From Paramoeba atlantica (taxonomy: Eukaryota; Protista; Discosea), in the NCBI GenBank assembly GCA_977017575.1, contig CDRNVI010000045.1, positions 186,001 to 250,000 on the forward strand: a stretch of 64,000 bases of DNA, written 5' to 3'. This document shows, one piece after another, positions 59,263 through 64,000 of this stretch. The notes under the pieces are model-generated. The model saw only the letters and a list, made by a program, of their open reading frames with translations. It ran no database searches and was not told the origin of the DNA. Numbering within the stretch: position 1 is the stretch's first letter; each line of letters starts with the position of its first letter. The translations under genes and the position numbers were made by a program.

Positions 59263-60545
59263 GCGAGGTTCTCCAATGTGATCCCGGATGCTGGTCGAGT
59301 CGACAGAGTCTATGCTCACGCCTAGCTCTAAAGGGCTAGGTACCCCAAGTGAGATAGTACACGGATAGTGAATTTCCTCCCCGTCGGCCAGCATCCTGTT
59401 TCGCGACCGTGTCGCTGTCGACACAGGCCCGCGTCTGCGCCCTCCTGTATAACAAGGGAGGGGTTCACAAGTCAGGCCGTGGAGAGGTCGAAAGACCCGG
59501 TCCGGAACGCGCGAATGGATTGGGTCTGGATTGCTTGTTTTTATTGTTATTATTGTTATTATTGTTCTTATGCTTACGGGAGATCGAATTGCTAGTTTTG
59601 GGCAAAACTCCAAAATACATGTATGAAATGTGTTGTATGAAATTGCTAATTTGATTGCTTGTTTTAAAATCGTATACCCCCCCCGATGGACCTACTTGGT
59701 TCGTCTACTGGGTAAAAGTATAGAGGCAATGCCGCGTTTTATACTTCTCCCCCCCTATTTATTGCAAAAAAAAAGAGGAGAAAGAGAGAAAAACAAATTC
59801 TTTATTTTCATAAAAACAAAGTAAAATTGCTAATTTGATTTGATAAAATTTGCTAATTTGAGCGGGGGGTGAAAATATAATAATTAAAAAAAAAACTTAA
59901 CGATAAAACTTAAAAAGAAAAAAAAACAAGGAGGGGGGTTAAGGTTATAAAAATGGTGTTTGGGCAGTGTACATAATGAACCAGCGAAAGGGACAGGTCA
60001 GTGACTTGCGAAAGGGTGGTCCCCGCGTGGACACCCGTTCGCGTTAGGAAGAGAGATCTCTTGGTGAAGGTGAATATTTGAATTTGTGTTTTACAAGGAT
60101 TGATGTTGTCAGGATATACGGAAGCAAGGCATATAATTCGGGAGTGTGATTCATTACGGAAGATCAAAGTATATTTATTTATCTCTTGGGTTTATATTGT
60201 TTACGAGAGTCTGATATTTTATGTTCCTCGAAGTGCAATTCAACATGGAATTTATCTCCAGAACAATTTAAGAAGATAAATCACTTCTATATAAAAATTA
60301 TTCTCTCAACGCTTCTACAGGGCCAGACCTTGTTATCTACTGGGCTTCCGGAGAAAAATTCTATGACCTAATTGACATTCGGGGGCACAGGCTCGCGCGT
60401 GATCCATGAAATGAAAGATATATAGTATATAGATGACTTGCTCGAATTCAATTTCACACGACTTCCCGCTTCAGCTTTAAACGTCTAAATTTATAACTTT
60501 TTTCTCAATTTTGCTTTGGTCTCCGAATAACTAATTACTAACTAA

Positions 60546-60625
60546 GAAGAAAGAGGAAGAAAGAGGAAGAAAGAGGAAGAAAGAGGAAGAAAGAGGAAGA
60601 AAGAGGAAGAAAGAGGAAGAAAGAG
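60546..60625 (+). repeat. (GAAAGAGGAA)n simple repeat
   Basis: About eight tandem 10-mers. Confidence 0.9.
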
Positions 60626-61065
60626 AACGCACCGTGCGTTCGAAGAATCATTCATCCAACGGGCACTGCTGCACGAATTTTTCGTCTCGATTTTTTTTGG
60701 GAAAATTTTAACATTACCATCTCGTTTGCATGTCTGGAGGCAATGCCCAACTATCTGCGACCCCCAAGTCAGCGAGCAAGGCCCCCGTCCGCGAGCAAGG
60801 CCCAACTGTGAGCGTAGCCCACTTCTGGAGGCAAAAGCCCCCGTTTGCGAGCAAGGCCCAACTGTGAGCGTAGCCCTGGGACGTAATAATATTTTTTGGC
60901 GACCCGCGCGCTCCAGCGCACGGGCCGCGCACTGAGGACCTGTGTCTGCCACTTCCGCAGGATTGTGTATTTGTAAGTTATGATTTTATCTTTGTGAACT
61001 TATGAGGCAATAATTTTAAGAATCCTTCCCCTTTTTGATAATTTTTCGGATTTCTTTTTGTCTTA

Positions 61066-62252
61066 TGGATCAAGGTAGCAGCCAGGAGCATGATGCAGAC
61101 CGAAACGAGCGAATGTTCGCCCGATTTATGGCTCTCCTGGAAACTGCTACTTACGAGCGGCCGCCTACTGGACTGCGTGATTTACCTCCTCCCCAACAAG
61201 AACAACTCGATTTCTCTACTTGGCGCAGACGACCTGTTCCTCCTCTTTGTTATGGTTGTCCCGCTTTTACATGTGTTTCTCATTGGCGGAGTATTACCGA
61301 TGTCCCACAAGGACGTGATGCAGAAGACTGGATGCGGAATCATGATTTGTTTTTCCCACCCATTTGTCCTTCGCACGGGATCCACTTTATGTCCGACGTT
61401 CCAGGGAAACCAAATTTAAGTATGTGTGGGCATCGAGAACCCGGCAAGGTGAACCGTTGCCGATTGAAAGTTTGTAAATGGTCGCCATTTATTTCTCCCC
61501 GTACGCAACTTACTCCAGGGCAAGTCTTGCTCGTATGGGCAGACATTGCGAACAACATGTGCACGGGTCAAATAACGCGTAATCGTGGACTTGATCGCAA
61601 GGTGGTTCAGGATCTCCTGCACACTCTTGCTGATGCAGCGCTCCGTAACGAAACCATGTCTCATTATGAATTCAGTCGAGTGCAGGTCGATGAGACCTTC
61701 ATCGGCAAACGGAAGTATAATCGGGACCGTAGACAGCGGAAAAGGGGATGGTGGTTCGCAACTGTCACGGAGTCTCGTGGCACTGGTAAAACGGGGCGGA
61801 CCCATTGGAAATTGGTAAAGCGTCGTGATACGCCTACCCTTCATGGCTTCATCATTCCCCATCTTGCCAGTGCGCGATCCGTGGTAGTGAGCGATTGTTG
61901 GGGGGCTTACAATGGTTTGGACAAAGTTTGTCGTCACTACTCCGTGAATCATAGTAAGGAGTTTGTGAACAAGAACGGATATCATACTAATGGTGCTGGG
62001 AGTGTCCACAACACCATTAAGTATTGGGTAAGACTCCAACACTATAATTTTGGGGCAACAACGTTGGAGTTGCAACGAAACGTCGCGCTCCAGTGTGTAA
62101 AGTATGGGGAGACCCATAATGGCCGCGAGCAGTCTTGGCAGAGTCGCTTTGTAAATATAATGAAGTGTATTAAAGACAACTACGGTTTTCCCGTTCCCGA
62201 AGAATTTGAGGAACTCAGTTCCGATAGTTGCGCATCAGACTACGAGGGATGA
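61066..62252 (+). CDS. Merlin/IS1595-family (ISXO2-like) transposase; third catalytic residue appears to be G instead of E
   Basis: VQVDETF, VVSDCWGAY, VNHSKEFV and GYHTNGAGS; Cys/His-rich N-terminus. Confidence 0.85.
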
Positions 62253-63399
62253 CGCTTTTTATAATATTTGTTCATACACAGTCTTTTTTTTGTGTATTAC
62301 TTATTTTGCTGGGACTCAGGGCTCAACCTGACTGGATAAAAAAAACAAGAAAAAATATAAAAAAATTGTTTTGGGCGCAAGAATACCATGAAAGCAAGGT
62401 TTAATCCTTCAAGACATAAAGATGCTGTTTCTGTACGTGTCCTCACGATCCCTATTAGTGCGCACAAGGACTATAACGGTAATTCAGTCTCGCTTACAAT
62501 AAAAAACCAAGCTCCGTTCGTCGAGCATTTTTTTACAAAAAAAAATGCGTTTTCATTTATCGAACAGGATGTCCTGTTCGAAAAAATATTCATCGAACGG
62601 ACAGTGCGTTCGATGAATATTCATCGAGTGCCCCCCCCCTAAAATCGTACGTGCACACCAACCTTATAAGAGAAGAATCGTTCCAATGTTTGCCCGTGCT
62701 GTCCGGAGGTGCCTTACATCGAAATACGCAAAGACTGATCCACTCACTAGCGGATGCTGCTTTACTAGATCGACAGGTGGTCGAACAAGACTTTAAATTG
62801 CTGCTGGAGGAATTGAATGGGATAGAAGTATATTCCCATCTTTGGAAATACCTTGATGGAGAGCGTGAAACACAGGAATTCAGTCTTTAATTTCATAGAA
62901 TTGTATGAATAGAAAAAGTTTACAGTCACGTAGAATAAAAAAAAGATAAAAAAAAGATAATACAAATCATAAAAAAAGATAATTTAGTATAAATCCTTCC
63001 ATTATTGCGAAGTCGGCGTGGCTGCTTCATTTTTTGGTAGATTCAAGAAGGAGAGAGCAAAAAAAAAATTGTATTAAGACCACTAATACAAAAAGTGGTC
63101 TTAAATCAAACGTTCGACATTGAAACTTCGACATTGTAAACTACTTCTATCGACTATTTTGGGTGAAAGACACAACAAGCTATGCGAAACAAGCCATGCG
63201 AAAATATCAGAATCTATCAGCTCATATGGCACACGGTTTCCCCACCAATTGAAGAACCAGCAATATCGCCCTTTAATGTTGGGAACGCTGAACTTACTAT
63301 GTCCAATACTGGATCCGAGGAAGACGTAGATCACCTCCCAATCCCCACATCCCGCATCTTTAGCCCTGAGTTTATTCCCGCAGTAGTGGCACTCTATCG

Positions 63400-64000
63400 T
63401 GACATAATACACTCGTACGGATACACTGACTACCCTGAACGTAATCGCATATGAAATAAAGTGCTATCGGCCACCAAGCTCTCCTTAGCCAACATACGAA
63501 CGCTCAGCAACAGACAAAGGAAACGACGCCCGCCATCTGATTCGAACCACAATAATGAAGAAGGACGTTCGTTGGAAGCGATTCACGATAAAGAAAGCGA
63601 AACTGATCAAGAAAAAGACAGCGATGATCGAGCAATCAAAAAGTCGACACGATTGGTTCTGGAAGGATGCAACACTAAGGCAGCGAAAATTCTTGATCAA
63701 ACATTCCAGAAAAATGAATTATCGGATCAAGAAAATATCGAGAAGCTGGGAGAACTTCACCCCCAACGACCCTCCGAGTTACGGGTACCGAGCGATGCCC
63801 CATAATTGCCGGAATATCACCAGAGGAGTTGCGGGCAGCTTGCCGACGACTGGCCAAAGGTGCCAGCCCAGGGCCATCAGGGACTACGGATACCACCTGA
63901 GATTTCTTGTCGACGATGAGCCAGCGGTTATCAATTTATGTCATATGATTGCGGATTTGCTGAATGGCTTCCTTTGAAAGCAAGTAATACAACGATTGAA
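63400..64000 (+). pseudogene. Second, diverged copy of CRE family B (N-terminal part, runs off the window)
   Basis: ATKL, KAAKILD and KLGELHP, then RGASPGPSG in another frame, resembling 4500-5400. Confidence 0.7.

Noticed and set aside
60770-60906. Twister-sister ribozyme suggested by GCAAGGCC
   Set aside because: The CGCUCA element is present only in reverse orientation and no compatible stems are seen.
62416-62436. Relict SL (ATAAAGATGCTGTTTCTGTAC)
   Set aside because: Two internal mismatches, no TTG end and no associated element boundary; too weak to call.
57-63977. Numerous short antisense or alternate-frame ORFs in the track
   Set aside because: Shadows of transposon ORFs or low-complexity sequence with no recognisable motifs; no host gene supported.

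Overview
This window is eukaryotic DNA made almost entirely of transposons, with no ordinary cellular gene recognisable. It holds about ten copies of a kinetoplastid/diplonemid-type spliced-leader (SL, mini-exon) sequence, (TTTA)ACGATAAAGATACAGTTTCTGTACCTTGTTG, which points to a euglenozoan host. Most SL copies are boundaries in a head-to-tail array of RLE-type non-LTR retrotransposons (several CRE/SLACS-like subfamilies and two HERO/NeSL-like elements). Nested among them are an APE-RT-RNase H LINE, Tc1/IS630-like and Merlin/IS1595-like DNA transposons, and DIRS-type fragments. The main result is a 12.35-kb tyrosine-recombinase (DIRS/VIPER-like) retrotransposon at 16659-29010 that splits one SL exon exactly at GATAC/AGTTTC. 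It has DIRS-like inverted termini and an internal complementary region (ICR) equal to the reverse complement of its circle junction. It also starts with a canonical-looking twister ribozyme, and the 17 nt that cleavage would remove are perfectly preserved in the ICR. All assignments come from visual motif reading; no database search or folding program was run. Many frameshifts could be decay or sequencing error.
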